A stretch of DNA of 64,000 nucleotides from Candidatus Latescibacterota bacterium (GCA_965237675.1 OZ250150.1:1568001-1632000), one strand, 5' to 3'. Shown: positions 36,449-47,489, numbered from the stretch's first letter. Program-made: numbers and translations. The notes: a model not told the origin generated them from the sequence alone.

Positions 36449-37246
36449 TCATCGTGACGCGAAATCTTCCTCGTCGTTCCGGTTCGTCTTCAGGCCGGCC
36501 GCTTCGAGGCAGCGGTCCATCTCGGCGACCAGATCCCTGTACCGGGCGCTGCGGAAATAGGCCTTTGCGCGGTCCGACTGCCGCAGGCCCGTTCTGTCGG
36601 TGTAGCGCATGGTCCCGGTGTACACGTCGTCCGCGGCGTCTTTCAGCAGCCGCGCGAAGCGGGCCGGCTGACCGTAGAGCAGAGGCGCCACCGCCGCGGT
36701 AACGTGAATGCCCGCTGCCCTGAGGCGCCGCATGGTTTTCAGCCTGACTTCAATCCGAGGCGCGTGCGGCTCCAGTTTGCGCCGGACGCGTTCGTCGTCG
36801 GTGGGCACGGAGAAACACACCCGCAGACGGGTTTTGAACCCCTGCAGCAGGTCGGTATCGTCGAGGACGAGGTGGCTCCGTGTGTGTACCACAACGTCTT
36901 TCGGGTTACTGTCCAGCAGGACGCCCAGGCAGCGGCGGGTCAGCCGGTATTGCCGTTCCACGTATTGGTACGGGTCGGTGGCCGAACCCACGAAAATCCG
37001 CCGGCCCCATATCTTGTCGCGCGCCTTGGCCAGAAGAAAGGGCGCGTTCGTCTTGGGCTGGACCCATTCGCCCCACGGCAGGGGGTGTTCCGCGGCGTAG
37101 TGGTATTTCATAACGTAGCAATAGGCGCATCCCATGCCGCACCCGACGTACGGATTCAGGGTGTATCGGGTGGCGGGAGGGCCGTCCTGTGGCATCAGGA
37201 CCGAACGCGCTTCGGTCTCTTCGATTTCCAGATGGGTGTGCGCCAT
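36449..37246 (-). CDS. Radical SAM protein, SplB/Rv2578c-like DNA repair family
   Basis: LNPYVGCGMGCAYCY (CxxxCxxC), GSATDPYQYVE, TRSHLVLDD. Confidence 0.85.
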   Translation of the reverse strand: MAHTHLEIEETEARSVLMPQDGPPATRYTLNPYVGCGMGCAYCYVMKYHYAAEHPLPWGEWVQPKTNAPFLLAKARDKIWGRRIFVGSATDPYQYVERQYRLTRRCLGVLLDSNPKDVVVHTRSHLVLDDTDLLQGFKTRLRVCFSVPTDDERVRRKLEPHAPRIEVRLKTMRRLRAAGIHVTAAVAPLLYGQPARFARLLKDAADDVYTGTMRYTDRTGLRQSDRAKAYFRSARYRDLVAEMDRCLEAAGLKTNRNDEEDFASR

Positions 37247-37314
37247 ATACTGAATATACTGCACAAATGTTCATTAATCAAGTCCGAAAGAGGTCTGGGC
37301 GAAGAGCAGGGAAA

Positions 37315-37611
37315 CGCGCTTTAACGTTAAGCAACGTCATTATACGTGAATACGTCCCGCTTTTGTTGTACCAGGGGTAAGACCCCGAACACATTCAACA
37401 GTCCAAGGCAGTCTTGTTCCCGCGCGACCGGTGGTGGAGAGGGGGGTTTTTCCGTGCTATTCCGTCCAGCACAGTGGTACAGGTACACGTGAAAGGTTTG
37501 CAGGGCACCCAATTCCCATTTGTGCCTCTGAGGTGATTCACGGAAAAACCGGCCCCGTGCCGAACGGCGCCGTTCTTTTTGGTCCTTTTTCTTTGCGAGA
37601 AAGAAAAAGGA
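37315..37611 (-). repeat. Structured dispersed element, variant 3
   Basis: Hairpin CCTTTTTCTTTCTCGCAAAGAAAAAGG, scaffold stem and central TGCCCT (AGGGCA at 37502-37507). Confidence 0.8.
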
Positions 37612-37948
37612 CGAAGAGAAATCGAAAGGTGAAGGAAGCGGAAGAGCCTGTGTCCGCCCGGAACGCAGTTCCAAAAAAAACCGGAAGAGGTAAGACGGGA
37701 AAAGTGAGAAGACCACGCCGTACCCCAACGGTTTCTCGTTCCCATTCGCAATCCACTTGTCGTTTCACGCAACCAGACTCCATCTGCCGGCGTCCTATAC
37801 GTAGTACTTATTGACACTTCTTACGTCTCCCCTCTTCCCTCTCGCGGCTTTAGGGATACCATCGACACGCCAAATTTGTTAATTTTAGTCGAAGTGATCC
37901 AACACGCTGCATCCAACCCGGATATCCGATTCTTCAGGAGGATCCCAA

Positions 37949-38647
37949 ATGAAAACGACCCTTGTGCTGTTGTTGACGGCTGCCGCCCTGATTGTCGTCC
38001 TGGCCTTCGGTGTGCGGGACGGCCGGACGGAAACGAAAAACGTGGAGCAGGCCACGTTTGCGGGCGGCTGCTTCTGGTGCATCGAAGCCCCTTTCGATAA
38101 GCTGAAGGGAGTCGTCTCCGCCGTATCCGGCTATACGGGCGGGGAAATCCGGAACCCCACCTACGGCCAGGTCAGTTCAGGCAATACCAGGCACATCGAG
38201 TCGGTCCTGGTCACATTCGACCCGTCCGTCATCACCTACGCCCAATTGCTCGACGTGTTCTGGCGGCAGTTCGATCCCACCGATGCCGGCGGGTCGTTCC
38301 ATGACCGGGGTCACCATTACACATCGGCAATCTTCTACCACGACGAGAAGCAGAAACAGTTGGCGGAAGCCTCAAAAGAAGCCCTGGCAAAGTCGGATCG
38401 CTTCGAGGCCCCCATCGTCACCCCGATCCGCTCCGCGGAGACGTTTTTTCCGGCGGAGGAATACCACCAGGATTACGACAGGAAAAAGCCGGCCCATTAC
38501 AACCGCTACCGTAAGGGCTCAGGGCGCGACCGCTTTATCGAGCGGATCTGGGGGCGGGACTTACCCGCCGGGTCCTCCGGCAGGACCTGGGTCAAACCCC
38601 CCAAAGCAGAGTTGCGCGGTAAGCTACACCCCTGCAGTGGAAGGTGA
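37949..38647 (+). CDS. msrA: Peptide-methionine (S)-S-oxide reductase, exported; N-terminal part of a frameshifted msrAB
   Basis: [22 protein letters not shown]; N-terminal hydrophobic signal. Confidence 0.9.
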   Translation: MKTTLVLLLTAAALIVVLAFGVRDGRTETKNVEQATFAGGCFWCIEAPFDKLKGVVSAVSGYTGGEIRNPTYGQVSSGNTRHIESVLVTFDPSVITYAQLLDVFWRQFDPTDAGGSFHDRGHHYTSAIFYHDEKQKQLAEASKEALAKSDRFEAPIVTPIRSAETFFPAEEYHQDYDRKKPAHYNRYRKGSGRDRFIERIWGRDLPAGSSGRTWVKPPKAELRGKLHPCSGR

Positions 38648-39042
38648 CCCAGGAAGACGGTACCGAGCGTCCGTTTCGCAACGAGCACTGGGACAACAAG
38701 AAACCGGGAATCTACGTGGATATCGTCTCGGGCGAACCACTATTCAGTTCAACGCACAAATTCCGGTCGGGTACAGGCTGGCCCAGCTTCACGCAGCCGC
38801 TGGTCCGCAACCATGTTGTGAAGCACGTCGACAACAGTCTCTTCATGGCCCGCACCGAGGTTCGCAGCAAGTTCGGGGACTCCCACCTTGGCCATATCTT
38901 CCCCGACGGACCTCCGCCCACCGGGCTGCGCTATTGCATCAATTCGGCTTCCCTGCGGTTTATTCCCACGGATGAATTGAAAGCCGCCGGGTACGGCCAG
39001 TACCTCGACCTGTTCAAAGGGCTTGACATTTCCGGGAAATGA
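38644..39042 (+). CDS. msrB: Peptide-methionine (R)-S-oxide reductase; C-terminal part of a frameshifted msrAB
   Basis: [33 protein letters not shown]. Confidence 0.9.
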   Translation: MTQEDGTERPFRNEHWDNKKPGIYVDIVSGEPLFSSTHKFRSGTGWPSFTQPLVRNHVVKHVDNSLFMARTEVRSKFGDSHLGHIFPDGPPPTGLRYCINSASLRFIPTDELKAAGYGQYLDLFKGLDISGK

Positions 39043-39044
39043 AC

Positions 39045-39671
39045 CTATTGGGTGATTTCGTCGGCAGACACGACGGCAACGCCGCGGGTCTTCCATCCGT
39101 CGACGAGTGCTTCGCCGCGTTCGGTAGAGATGGCCTGCGCGGCGTCCAGAACCAATTCGATCGCGGCGGTGTTTCTCTCGAGGAAGCCGTTGATGGCGTG
39201 GGCATTGCATACGTCGAGCGCAACGCCGTACAGGACGATGCGATCGGGTCTGATCATGTCCAGAACGGGCTCCACGTTCCGGTTGGTGAAGACGTCGAAA
39301 CGCTGTTTACGGAAGATGACTTCGCCCGTGTGATCCCGGATCCGCTGGCTGAGGGCCATTGGATCCTCAGCGTCGCCGTCGATCCACAGCGGATTCACCG
39401 GGCGGGTTTCCGGAACCTTCAGCTGGCCCGGGGTGCCCTTGAGGCAGTGTGGCGGAAAGGTGTTCAGGAAGTCGGGGGCTTCCGAAATTTCGGGATCTTC
39501 GGGGTTGTGGTAGTCCACCGAGCCGAAGATGGGAACGCCTCGCTGTCGCGCGTTGGCGGTGAGCCGCGCCAGGTTGGGCAGGATTTTCTCCGCCTCCTGG
39601 ATGTAGAGCTTGCCGCCTGGCATGATAAAGTCGTACTGGGTATCCACGTCCCAGAAGATGGTGTCGTGCAT
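39045..39671 (-). CDS. Nicotinamidase/isochorismatase-family cysteine hydrolase
   Basis: DVDTQYDF, DYH, FPPHCLKGTPG, GVALDVC. Confidence 0.85.
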   Translation of the reverse strand: MHDTIFWDVDTQYDFIMPGGKLYIQEAEKILPNLARLTANARQRGVPIFGSVDYHNPEDPEISEAPDFLNTFPPHCLKGTPGQLKVPETRPVNPLWIDGDAEDPMALSQRIRDHTGEVIFRKQRFDVFTNRNVEPVLDMIRPDRIVLYGVALDVCNAHAINGFLERNTAAIELVLDAAQAISTERGEALVDGWKTRGVAVVSADEITQ

Positions 39672-39764
39672 CGGCGCCCCCTCGGAAATTTTCTAAAAAG
39701 ATAATAAAAAACCGGGATCGTAACAAGGGAAGCGCCGTTCGCGAAGATGCCTCGCCTTGAATCT

Positions 39765-40499
39765 CTAAGACGGGGCGGGCGGATCCGGCGGGGTGGCGAG
39801 TTTCTGCATGAAGATACCCGCGGCGACGGAGACGTTGAGGGAGGCGACGGTACCCGTGGAAGGGATCTTGCACGTGGCGTCGCATTTGTCCAGTGTGAGG
39901 CGTCGCAGGCCGCGTTCCTCGTTGCCGAGAACAATCAGCCATGGGCGGTCGGCCCCGATCTGGGCAAGGTTGGTGTCGGCGTTTTCGGAGGCGCCCAGGA
40001 TCCAGAGATTTGTCTTCTGTGCCAGATCCAGAGCGCGGCTGAGGTTGGTCAGGATGGAGAACGGCACGTGTTCGATGCCTCCGGAGGCAACGTCATACAC
40101 GGTTTCCGTAAGCGGGGCGGAGCGGTCGCGTGTGAGCAGGATGCCGCGGACACCGAAGAAGGCGGCGGTCCGAAAGATCGCGCCCACGTTGTGCGGATCC
40201 TGCACCTGGTCGAGGGCAAGCCAGAGTCCGTTCGCGGGTACGTCCGCAAAGAGGTCCTGGATGGTGACCGGATGTCGATCCTTGACGACGGCCTCCGCGT
40301 TGCCCGCGCGGCCGGCACGGTTCTGTCTCCCGGATGGCCGCGTTTCGCGGGTGACTTTAACGCCGATTTCCACAGCGGACGCCCGGATCTGTCTCCACGG
40401 GCCGGCAACCGGGTCCGAGAGGCGGATTTCGTAGACGTCCTGGGGTCGGGCCTGCAGGACGGCCAGGATGCTGTGAGGGTTCTTGAGGTGGAGAGGCAT
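39765..40499 (-). CDS. TrmH/SpoU-family RNA 2'-O-methyltransferase (RlmB-like)
   Basis: LDQVQDPHNVGAIFRTA, LGNEERGL, SLNVSVAAG. Confidence 0.88.
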   Translation of the reverse strand: MPLHLKNPHSILAVLQARPQDVYEIRLSDPVAGPWRQIRASAVEIGVKVTRETRPSGRQNRAGRAGNAEAVVKDRHPVTIQDLFADVPANGLWLALDQVQDPHNVGAIFRTAAFFGVRGILLTRDRSAPLTETVYDVASGGIEHVPFSILTNLSRALDLAQKTNLWILGASENADTNLAQIGADRPWLIVLGNEERGLRRLTLDKCDATCKIPSTGTVASLNVSVAAGIFMQKLATPPDPPAPS

Positions 40500-40530
40500 T
40501 GCGTTTTCTCGTGTTTCGGGTTGTGGCCGG

Positions 40531-42156
40531 CTATCCGAACATTCCCTCCGTAAATTGCCGGCGGATGACTTTCTTGTCGAGTTTTCCAACGCCGGTCTTG
40601 GGGATTTGGTTGACGAAAACGATTCTGTCGGGCACCCAGTATTTCGGATACACGGACGCCAGCAGCGCCCGAAGTTCCTCGGCCGTGGCCGCGTCCACGT
40701 TGGGCGACCGGACGGCGACGGCGAATGGCCGCTCGGTCCATTTCTCGTCGGGTATGGCGATAACGGCCGCTTCGGTGACGCCGGGGTGGCTCATCAGGGT
40801 GTTTTCCAGTTCGACGCTGGAGATCCACTCACCGCCGCTCTTGATCAGGTCTCTGGTCCGGTCCGTGATGGTCAGGAAGCTGTCCGGGCTCATCGATCCG
40901 ACGTCGCCGGTTCGGAACCACCCGTCGGTCGTGAAATGATCCGGACCCGGATCCTGCTTGTAGTAACTTCCAATCACCCATGGACCCCGGACTTCGATTT
41001 CGCCTATGCTACGGCCGTCCCACGGCGCTTCGTTGCCGGAATCGTCCACAATCCGCATTTCTACACCGGAAATGGGATACCCTTGCCTGGCTTTCGCGTC
41101 CCACTTGTCTGCGTCCGAAAGAGCGTGATGATGGCGTTGCAGCCTGGAGACGGTGCCCAGGGGCGAGAGTTCGGTCATTCCCCAGGCGTGCACGACGGGG
41201 ACGTTGAGTTCCGTCTCGTAGGCTTCGATCAGGCCGCGCGGCATGGCCGAACCGCCGACGATCAGAGACCGGATACAGGAGATGTCGCGTGGATTGGCTT
41301 TCAGTTCTTCATAGAGTCCGGTCCAGATGGTGGGTACGCCGGCGGGAACGGTAACGCCTTCTTCCGCGATCATCCTGGCCAGGGCGCGGGGTTTCAGGTG
41401 GGGACCGGGCAGTACCATTTCCGCGCCGGCCATGGCGCAGGCATAGGGCAGACCCCAGGCCATGGCGTGAAACTGAGGCACGACGGGCATGACGACGTCC
41501 GATTCAACAATGCCGACGGCGTTGGACTGGTTCACGCCGAGGGTGTGAAGAAACATCGAGCGGTGGGAATAGAGCGCACCCCGGGGTTCGCCGGTCGTGC
41601 CGCTGGTATAACAGAGGCCCATGGCCGCCGTTTCGTCGGTTACGGGCCATTCGAAGGTGTCGCTTCCGTTCGTGATCAGATTTTCATAGCAGTAGGTGTC
41701 GGACAGGGCGGTCCGGATGTCCGGATCGGTATTGAACAGGACGATGCACGGGGGGCGGTCGAGTCTGGCCGCTACAGCTTCGAAGAGCGGCAGCAGGCTC
41801 GCGTCCACAAAGATGGCTTTGTCTTCCGCGTGGCTGATGATATGGGCCAGTTGGTCCGGAGAGAGGCGGATGTTGAGTGTATGGCAGACGGCGCCGCGGC
41901 ACGGAATGGCGAAGTACAGTTCCAGGTGCTGGTAGTTGTTCCACGCGAAGGTACCTACCCGGTCGCCGGGTTCAATGCCCAGGCTGCACAGTGCGCTGGC
42001 GAGTCGCTTTGACCGACGGTAGAGGTCCGTATATGTGTATCGGTGGACGGTCCCGTCGGGCAATCCGGTGGTAATGCGTTTTTGGGGGTACAGACGATTG
42101 GCGTGCTCAAGGATTCGGTCCATGGTGAGGGGATAGTCCATCATGAGACCTTGCAT
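40531..42156 (-). CDS. Long-chain fatty acid--CoA ligase
   Basis: [10 protein letters not shown] start, [33 protein letters not shown]. Confidence 0.9.
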   Translation of the reverse strand: MQGLMMDYPLTMDRILEHANRLYPQKRITTGLPDGTVHRYTYTDLYRRSKRLASALCSLGIEPGDRVGTFAWNNYQHLELYFAIPCRGAVCHTLNIRLSPDQLAHIISHAEDKAIFVDASLLPLFEAVAARLDRPPCIVLFNTDPDIRTALSDTYCYENLITNGSDTFEWPVTDETAAMGLCYTSGTTGEPRGALYSHRSMFLHTLGVNQSNAVGIVESDVVMPVVPQFHAMAWGLPYACAMAGAEMVLPGPHLKPRALARMIAEEGVTVPAGVPTIWTGLYEELKANPRDISCIRSLIVGGSAMPRGLIEAYETELNVPVVHAWGMTELSPLGTVSRLQRHHHALSDADKWDAKARQGYPISGVEMRIVDDSGNEAPWDGRSIGEIEVRGPWVIGSYYKQDPGPDHFTTDGWFRTGDVGSMSPDSFLTITDRTRDLIKSGGEWISSVELENTLMSHPGVTEAAVIAIPDEKWTERPFAVAVRSPNVDAATAEELRALLASVYPKYWVPDRIVFVNQIPKTGVGKLDKKVIRRQFTEGMFG

Positions 42157-42338
42157 GGATTGCGCTCCTCGGTGGATGGGCGGCAGGCGCCCGGTTTTCG
42201 GTGCGGCGTGGGCCGCCACACGCGTCGATAGCCCACAGGGCTGCGGCCGAGAAGGCGGTCCACAGCCACAACGGCGCGCCGGTGAAGCCCGGAGCGCATA
42301 CAAGAATCAGGATGCCCAGGGTTTCGACGGCCGAATGG

Positions 42339-43538
42339 TTAGATATTTTTGGGATAGGACACTATATTCTCGAAGATTCCCGCCGCGCCCATACCGCTGC
42401 CGATGCACATGGTACAGATGCCGTAGCGGATGTTGCGACGGATCATCTCATGCAGGAGGGTAGCGGTGAGTTTGGCGCCGGTGCAGCCCAGGGGGTGGCC
42501 GAGCGCGATGGCGCCGCCGTTGACATTGACGATGTCCTGGTTCAGGCCCAGTCTACGGACTACGGCGAGGGCCTGGGCGGCGAAGGCTTCGTTCAGTTCG
42601 ATCAGGCCGATATCATCCAGGGTGAGGCCCGTCTGGCGGAGCGCTTTCGGCACGGCCTCGGCGGGGCCGATGCCCATGTATTCCGGCGCCACGCCGGCCA
42701 CGGCATAACCGGCAAGCCGCGCGATGGGTTCCACCTGGAGTTCTCTGGCCGCCCGTTCGCTCATAACCACCGTTGCGGCCGCGCCGTCCGATACCTGGGA
42801 GGCATTCCCCGCCGTGACGGAGCCGCCAACGCGGAAGACCGGCCTGAGGCGGGCAAGGGCTTCGGCGCTGGTGTCCGCGCGAGGCCCTTCGTCCGCCCTG
42901 AACGTCGTCTCGGTGGATGTAGCCCGGCCATTGTCGTACACGGTGTCCACCACGTGCATCGGTACGATCTCGTCATGAAAACGGCCTTCCCCGGCGGCGG
43001 ACAGCGCCCGCTGATGGGAACGCAGGGCAAAGTCGTCCTGTTCCTCCCGGGAGATGTTTTCGCTTTCCGCCAGATTTTCAGCTGTGTTTCCCATGTCGAT
43101 GTAGAGGTCCGGGTTGTCCCGCGTGATGTCGGGGTCGGGCATGAAGTGGTTTCCGCCCATGGGTACGAGGCTCATGGATTCGGCGCCGCCGGCGACGATG
43201 ACGTCGGCCTGACCGGCGGAGATCGCCTGGTGGGCCATCGCGATCGATTGCAGGCCGGAGGCGCAGAAGCGGTTGATGGTGACCCCGGGTACCGTATCGG
43301 GCAGGCCCGCTTTCTGGGCGACAACGCGACCGAGAACCATCCCCTGTTGCGCTTCCGGAAATGCGCAGCCGACGATGACGTCGTCGATACGTTCGGGCCC
43401 GAGGCCGTCGACCCGGGCAATGGCCCCGTTGACGGCGGCCGCACCCATGGTTTCGGGGCGGACGTTGCGCAGGGCCCCTCTCTTGGCTTTGCCGACGGCG
43501 GTGCGGACGCTGCTGACGATGCAGGCTTCGTTGATCAT
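42339..43538 (-). CDS. fadA: Acetyl-CoA C-acyltransferase (thiolase)
   Basis: [30 protein letters not shown]. Confidence 0.92.
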   Translation of the reverse strand: MINEACIVSSVRTAVGKAKRGALRNVRPETMGAAAVNGAIARVDGLGPERIDDVIVGCAFPEAQQGMVLGRVVAQKAGLPDTVPGVTINRFCASGLQSIAMAHQAISAGQADVIVAGGAESMSLVPMGGNHFMPDPDITRDNPDLYIDMGNTAENLAESENISREEQDDFALRSHQRALSAAGEGRFHDEIVPMHVVDTVYDNGRATSTETTFRADEGPRADTSAEALARLRPVFRVGGSVTAGNASQVSDGAAATVVMSERAARELQVEPIARLAGYAVAGVAPEYMGIGPAEAVPKALRQTGLTLDDIGLIELNEAFAAQALAVVRRLGLNQDIVNVNGGAIALGHPLGCTGAKLTATLLHEMIRRNIRYGICTMCIGSGMGAAGIFENIVSYPKNI

Positions 43539-43593
43539 GTCGGATTCGCCCTCTTCTCCCGTGTGACGTCCGGCGGACCGAATTGCGCCAGGG

Positions 43594-45948
43594 TTAATTT
43601 CGAAGGGGTCTGTTGTTTCGAAGGATGCTGTAGATCCGTTCCCGTGTCTTCTTCTCGCCCGTAAGGGCGACAAAGACTTCGCGCTCCAGTTCGAGGAGGT
43701 AGTCTTCGTGGACGTTCGCGGGGCCGGTGAGGTCTCCGCCGGTGAGCACGTAGGCGAACCGGTTGGCCAGGTATCGGTCGTATTCGGTGATGAAACCCGA
43801 GCGGAGCATGCTGTAGGTTGTCACCTCGAACCGGGCGCGAGCCGGTTGGCCGAGAACTCTGACGGCATTGCGAACCGGGGGCGGCGCGTATCCCTGGTTG
43901 GAAAGACGCAGGACTTCCTGCCTGGCGGCGTGGAGCCGGTGATCCTGGTTCATGACAATCGGCGCGCCAGCCGGCAGAAACCCGTACTCTACCGCCTGGT
44001 GAGCGCTGTTGGATACCTTTGCCATGGCCACCGTTTCGAAGGCCCTTGTCAGAAAGGGCTGGATGTGGCTGTCATACTCGGACGAAGCGCGCTCGTGTGA
44101 CAGCGCCGCCATGCGCATGGTGCCGCATCCACCCGGGATGAGCCCCACCGCCAGTTCGACAAGACCGATGTAGGATTCCGCCGCGGCCACGGGGCTGGCG
44201 CAGGCCAGCGTGAGTTCGCATCCGCCGCCGAGGACGCGGCCGTGGGTGGCAACCACGACGGGTTTTGCGGAATAGTGGACACGCTGGATCATTTGTTGGA
44301 AATTGACCAGGAGGCGGTCCATCAGGTCGAAACGGTTCTGTTCCGCGTGCGTGACCATTTCCTGCAGATTGGCGCCCACGGAGAAGTTCTTGCCCTCGTT
44401 GCAGATGACCAGCCCGCGGTAATTCCCCTGTTCGACGATGTCGACCGCGTCGATGAGTCCGCGTACGAGTTGTTCGCCCATGGAATTTGCCTTGGAGCGG
44501 TATTCGAAGAGGGCGATGTCCTCTCCGAGGTCGAGCAGAACGGCTTCTTCGTTCTGCCACCGGACGTGCTGTTTATCCGAGCGGATGGCGGGCGCGGAGA
44601 ATTCGTCGGTCGTCCCGGATTCCCGCGTGTATCCGCGGTCGGGCAGATAGACCCGTGACCGGTCGCGGAATCCGGAGGCGCCGGCTCTGGACATGGTTTC
44701 GACCCAGCCGGGAAGGGCGATGTTCTCGGCTGCCATGTCCTCGAGGACGGTATCGAACCCCACGGCGTCCCACATTTCAAACGGTCCAACCTCCCAGCCG
44801 AATCCCCAGCGAAGGGCGCGATCGATGTCGGCCGGATTAGACGTGATTTCGGGGATGCGGCGTGCGCTGTATCCCAGCGTTTCGAGGAGGTGCTTCCGGA
44901 AGAAGGCTCCGGCCCGCCCTTCGTGCGCGTAAAGGTCGCGGAGTCGCCGGGAAAGGTCTCTCTGTTTCCGAATCGGTTCGAGATCGCCCAGGTTCTGTTT
45001 TCCGGGAGGTTCATAGGCGCGGGTTTCCGGGTTGAACGAGAGGATGTTCCGCCCCTCTTTTTTGTAAAAGCCCCTGCCCGCCTTGGCGCCGGTGGCCCCA
45101 TCTTCGACCAGGAGTGTTACGAGTTCGGGAATCCGAAACTGGTCCCTGCTTTCGTCGTTTGGCAGGGCGTCGTGGAGGTAACCGGCAACGTGCGCGAGGG
45201 TGTCCAGCCCGACGACGTCGGCGGTTCTGAACGTGGCGGACCTGGGACGTCCCAGCATGGGGCCCGTGAGGGCGTCTATTTCCTCGATCGTGTAACCGCC
45301 CTCCGTAAAGGCGCGGATACACTGAATCATCGCGTACACGCCGATGCGGTTGCCAATGAAGCCGGGCGCGTCGTTTGCAACGACGATGCCCTTGCCCAGC
45401 CGTACGCGCCCGAACCAGGAAATACGGTCGACGACGGCAGGATCGGTTTCGGGATGGGGAATGAGTTCAAGGAGCTTGAGGTAGCGCGGCGGGTTGAAGA
45501 AGTGCGTGCCGAGGAAGCGTCTCTTGAAGTCCGAAGACCGTTCGTGTGCGATCCGGTGGATCGGAATGCCACTGGTGTTCGTCGAAATTACGGCCTGTCT
45601 GTTCGCGGCGGCTTCCACGCGCGCCATAATCTGTCGCTTGACGTCCGGGTTCTCGACAACGGCTTCGATGATCCAGTCCGCTTCAGACGTGCGGTGAAAG
45701 TCGTCCTCGATGTTTCCGGGAGTGATGCGGCGGGCCGTCCCTTCCGTAAAAAGGGGATCCGGGCTGATACGCCGGAGTCCTTTAAGCGCCCCCTCGACAA
45801 TGGCGTTTCTGTTTCTTCCGTTGCCCGGAATATCCAGCAGGTGTACGGACAGCCCGGCGTTGGCCAGGTGGGCGGCAATTTGCGATCCCATGACACCCGC
45901 GCCCAGAACTGCGGCGGTGCGGAACGGAAGATGTGCTGCCGGATGCAT
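43594..45948 (-). CDS. 3-hydroxyacyl-CoA dehydrogenase / enoyl-CoA hydratase (FadN-type)
   Basis: GAGVMGSQIA, NTSGIP, HFFNPPRY, C-terminal crotonase FSVGANL and LGGGCE. Confidence 0.92.
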   Translation of the reverse strand: MHPAAHLPFRTAAVLGAGVMGSQIAAHLANAGLSVHLLDIPGNGRNRNAIVEGALKGLRRISPDPLFTEGTARRITPGNIEDDFHRTSEADWIIEAVVENPDVKRQIMARVEAAANRQAVISTNTSGIPIHRIAHERSSDFKRRFLGTHFFNPPRYLKLLELIPHPETDPAVVDRISWFGRVRLGKGIVVANDAPGFIGNRIGVYAMIQCIRAFTEGGYTIEEIDALTGPMLGRPRSATFRTADVVGLDTLAHVAGYLHDALPNDESRDQFRIPELVTLLVEDGATGAKAGRGFYKKEGRNILSFNPETRAYEPPGKQNLGDLEPIRKQRDLSRRLRDLYAHEGRAGAFFRKHLLETLGYSARRIPEITSNPADIDRALRWGFGWEVGPFEMWDAVGFDTVLEDMAAENIALPGWVETMSRAGASGFRDRSRVYLPDRGYTRESGTTDEFSAPAIRSDKQHVRWQNEEAVLLDLGEDIALFEYRSKANSMGEQLVRGLIDAVDIVEQGNYRGLVICNEGKNFSVGANLQEMVTHAEQNRFDLMDRLLVNFQQMIQRVHYSAKPVVVATHGRVLGGGCELTLACASPVAAAESYIGLVELAVGLIPGGCGTMRMAALSHERASSEYDSHIQPFLTRAFETVAMAKVSNSAHQAVEYGFLPAGAPIVMNQDHRLHAARQEVLRLSNQGYAPPPVRNAVRVLGQPARARFEVTTYSMLRSGFITEYDRYLANRFAYVLTGGDLTGPANVHEDYLLELEREVFVALTGEKKTRERIYSILRNNRPLRN

Positions 45949-46187
45949 TCTGTTTGACCTTTCCGAACGACGTCATGTGAACGTGTCGCGGGTCGGGGGA
46001 AGACACCGGGGCGGGAACGGCAAAGATGCGCACGTACTGTCCCCGGGAAAGGTACGGCACAATGGGTCCCCGATCAAGAACGTCCGAAAGGGGTTCCGGT
46101 TGGGAGACGGGCTGAACCGGCCTGCCTGTGCGGAAGACCTGCACGCAGACAGGCGGCAGAAGGGCGACGTATTTCTGGAACAGGATA

Positions 46188-46670
46188 CTAAGGCGCCGTC
46201 TGGTCCTCGCCTGGAAACGGGCGGCCGGGGCCGAGGGATTCCATCACGGGCCGGATCCCCGGCCCGTGTTCGTATGTCATTCGACCTCCCGTATATCCGC
46301 TCAGGGCAACGAGAATTGCCGTTGCCGCCATACCCGCGAGATAGACGAAACGCACCGTTCCGGCGAACTTTCTCTTTAAGGTGAGGTGGGTGCGGACGAG
46401 GGCAAGTACGATGGCCAGCCATGTGGCGGCGGAGGAGATGGATTCGTGCTGCTCGAGCGCAGCGGCGATACCGGGGATATCGGCGGCCGTGTCCGCGGCG
46501 GCGTTCCCGCTCAGGGTGGCCGCGATCGCTGAGACGGCGCCCAGAACGAGGAGGAGGTAGCCGGCGTAAAGGAGGTGATCTCTGCGGAATAGTATGCCGG
46601 CGGCGTCGCAAAAGAAACCGACGGTGAGCAGGGCGACCGGAAAGTGGACGATAAACGGATGGAAGTCCAT
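46188..46670 (-). CDS. DUF2231 membrane protein
   Basis: HPFIVHFPVALL, four TM helices, GYTGGRMTYEHG. Confidence 0.85.
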   Translation of the reverse strand: MDFHPFIVHFPVALLTVGFFCDAAGILFRRDHLLYAGYLLLVLGAVSAIAATLSGNAAADTAADIPGIAAALEQHESISSAATWLAIVLALVRTHLTLKRKFAGTVRFVYLAGMAATAILVALSGYTGGRMTYEHGPGIRPVMESLGPGRPFPGEDQTAP

Positions 46671-46700
46671 AGAAGCGGTTTTTGCCTGGGATTCGGGCGA

Positions 46701-47489
46701 TCAGCTCCAAGCGCCTTTTGCCATCATGCCGCCGTCTACGCAGACGTTTTCGCCGGTCATAAACGAGGCTTTTTCGCTGGCGAGGAACAGCACGGCCTGC
46801 GCGATGTCGGCGGGGGTTCCGATCCGGCCGATGGGATGGGACCGGCTCATCCGATGTCGATGTTCCCTCTCATCGCCCCCAATGGCCTTCAGGGCTTCGT
46901 CGACCAGCGGGGTATCGATGGTGCCGGGGCTGACGGCGAGCACACGTACATTGTCTTCGGCGTACTCCAGGGCAAGTTGTCGCGTCAGCGAGAGGATGCC
47001 GCCTTTGCTGGCGGCGGAGGCGCAGACGCCCTTGGTGGATTGCAGACCCTGGACGCTGGCCGTGTTTATGATGACGCCGCCTCCACGTTTTATCATCTCG
47101 GGGATGCAGTGTCTGGTCATCAGGAAGGCGCTTTTCAGGTTGACGTTCAGGATGTAGTCCCACGTTTCTTCGGGGAGTTCATGGGCGGGCAGGTAGCTGC
47201 TGGTAGGCTGGACGCCGACGTTGTTGCAGAGGATGTCCACGCCACCCCATTCTGAAACGACGGCCTGCGTGAGCGCTCGACAGGCGTTGTCCCTGGCGAC
47301 GTCCGCCTCCTGGAAGCGGATATGGCCGGGAAGAGAAGCGCATTCTGCGGCCAGGAGTTCGCCCGCTTTCGCATCCACGTCGGCGCAGAGCACACGGGCG
47401 CCCTCCCGGGCAAAAGCCCGACAGATCCCGCTGCCGATGCCCTTGGCGCCGCCGGTGACAATAACAACTTTGTTCTGAAATTCCGACAT
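46701..47489 (-). CDS. SDR-family oxidoreductase with atypical active site
   Basis: TGGAKGIG, NNVG, SAASK in place of YxxSK, PGTIDT. Confidence 0.88.
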   Translation of the reverse strand: MSEFQNKVVIVTGGAKGIGSGICRAFAREGARVLCADVDAKAGELLAAECASLPGHIRFQEADVARDNACRALTQAVVSEWGGVDILCNNVGVQPTSSYLPAHELPEETWDYILNVNLKSAFLMTRHCIPEMIKRGGGVIINTASVQGLQSTKGVCASAASKGGILSLTRQLALEYAEDNVRVLAVSPGTIDTPLVDEALKAIGGDEREHRHRMSRSHPIGRIGTPADIAQAVLFLASEKASFMTGENVCVDGGMMAKGAWS

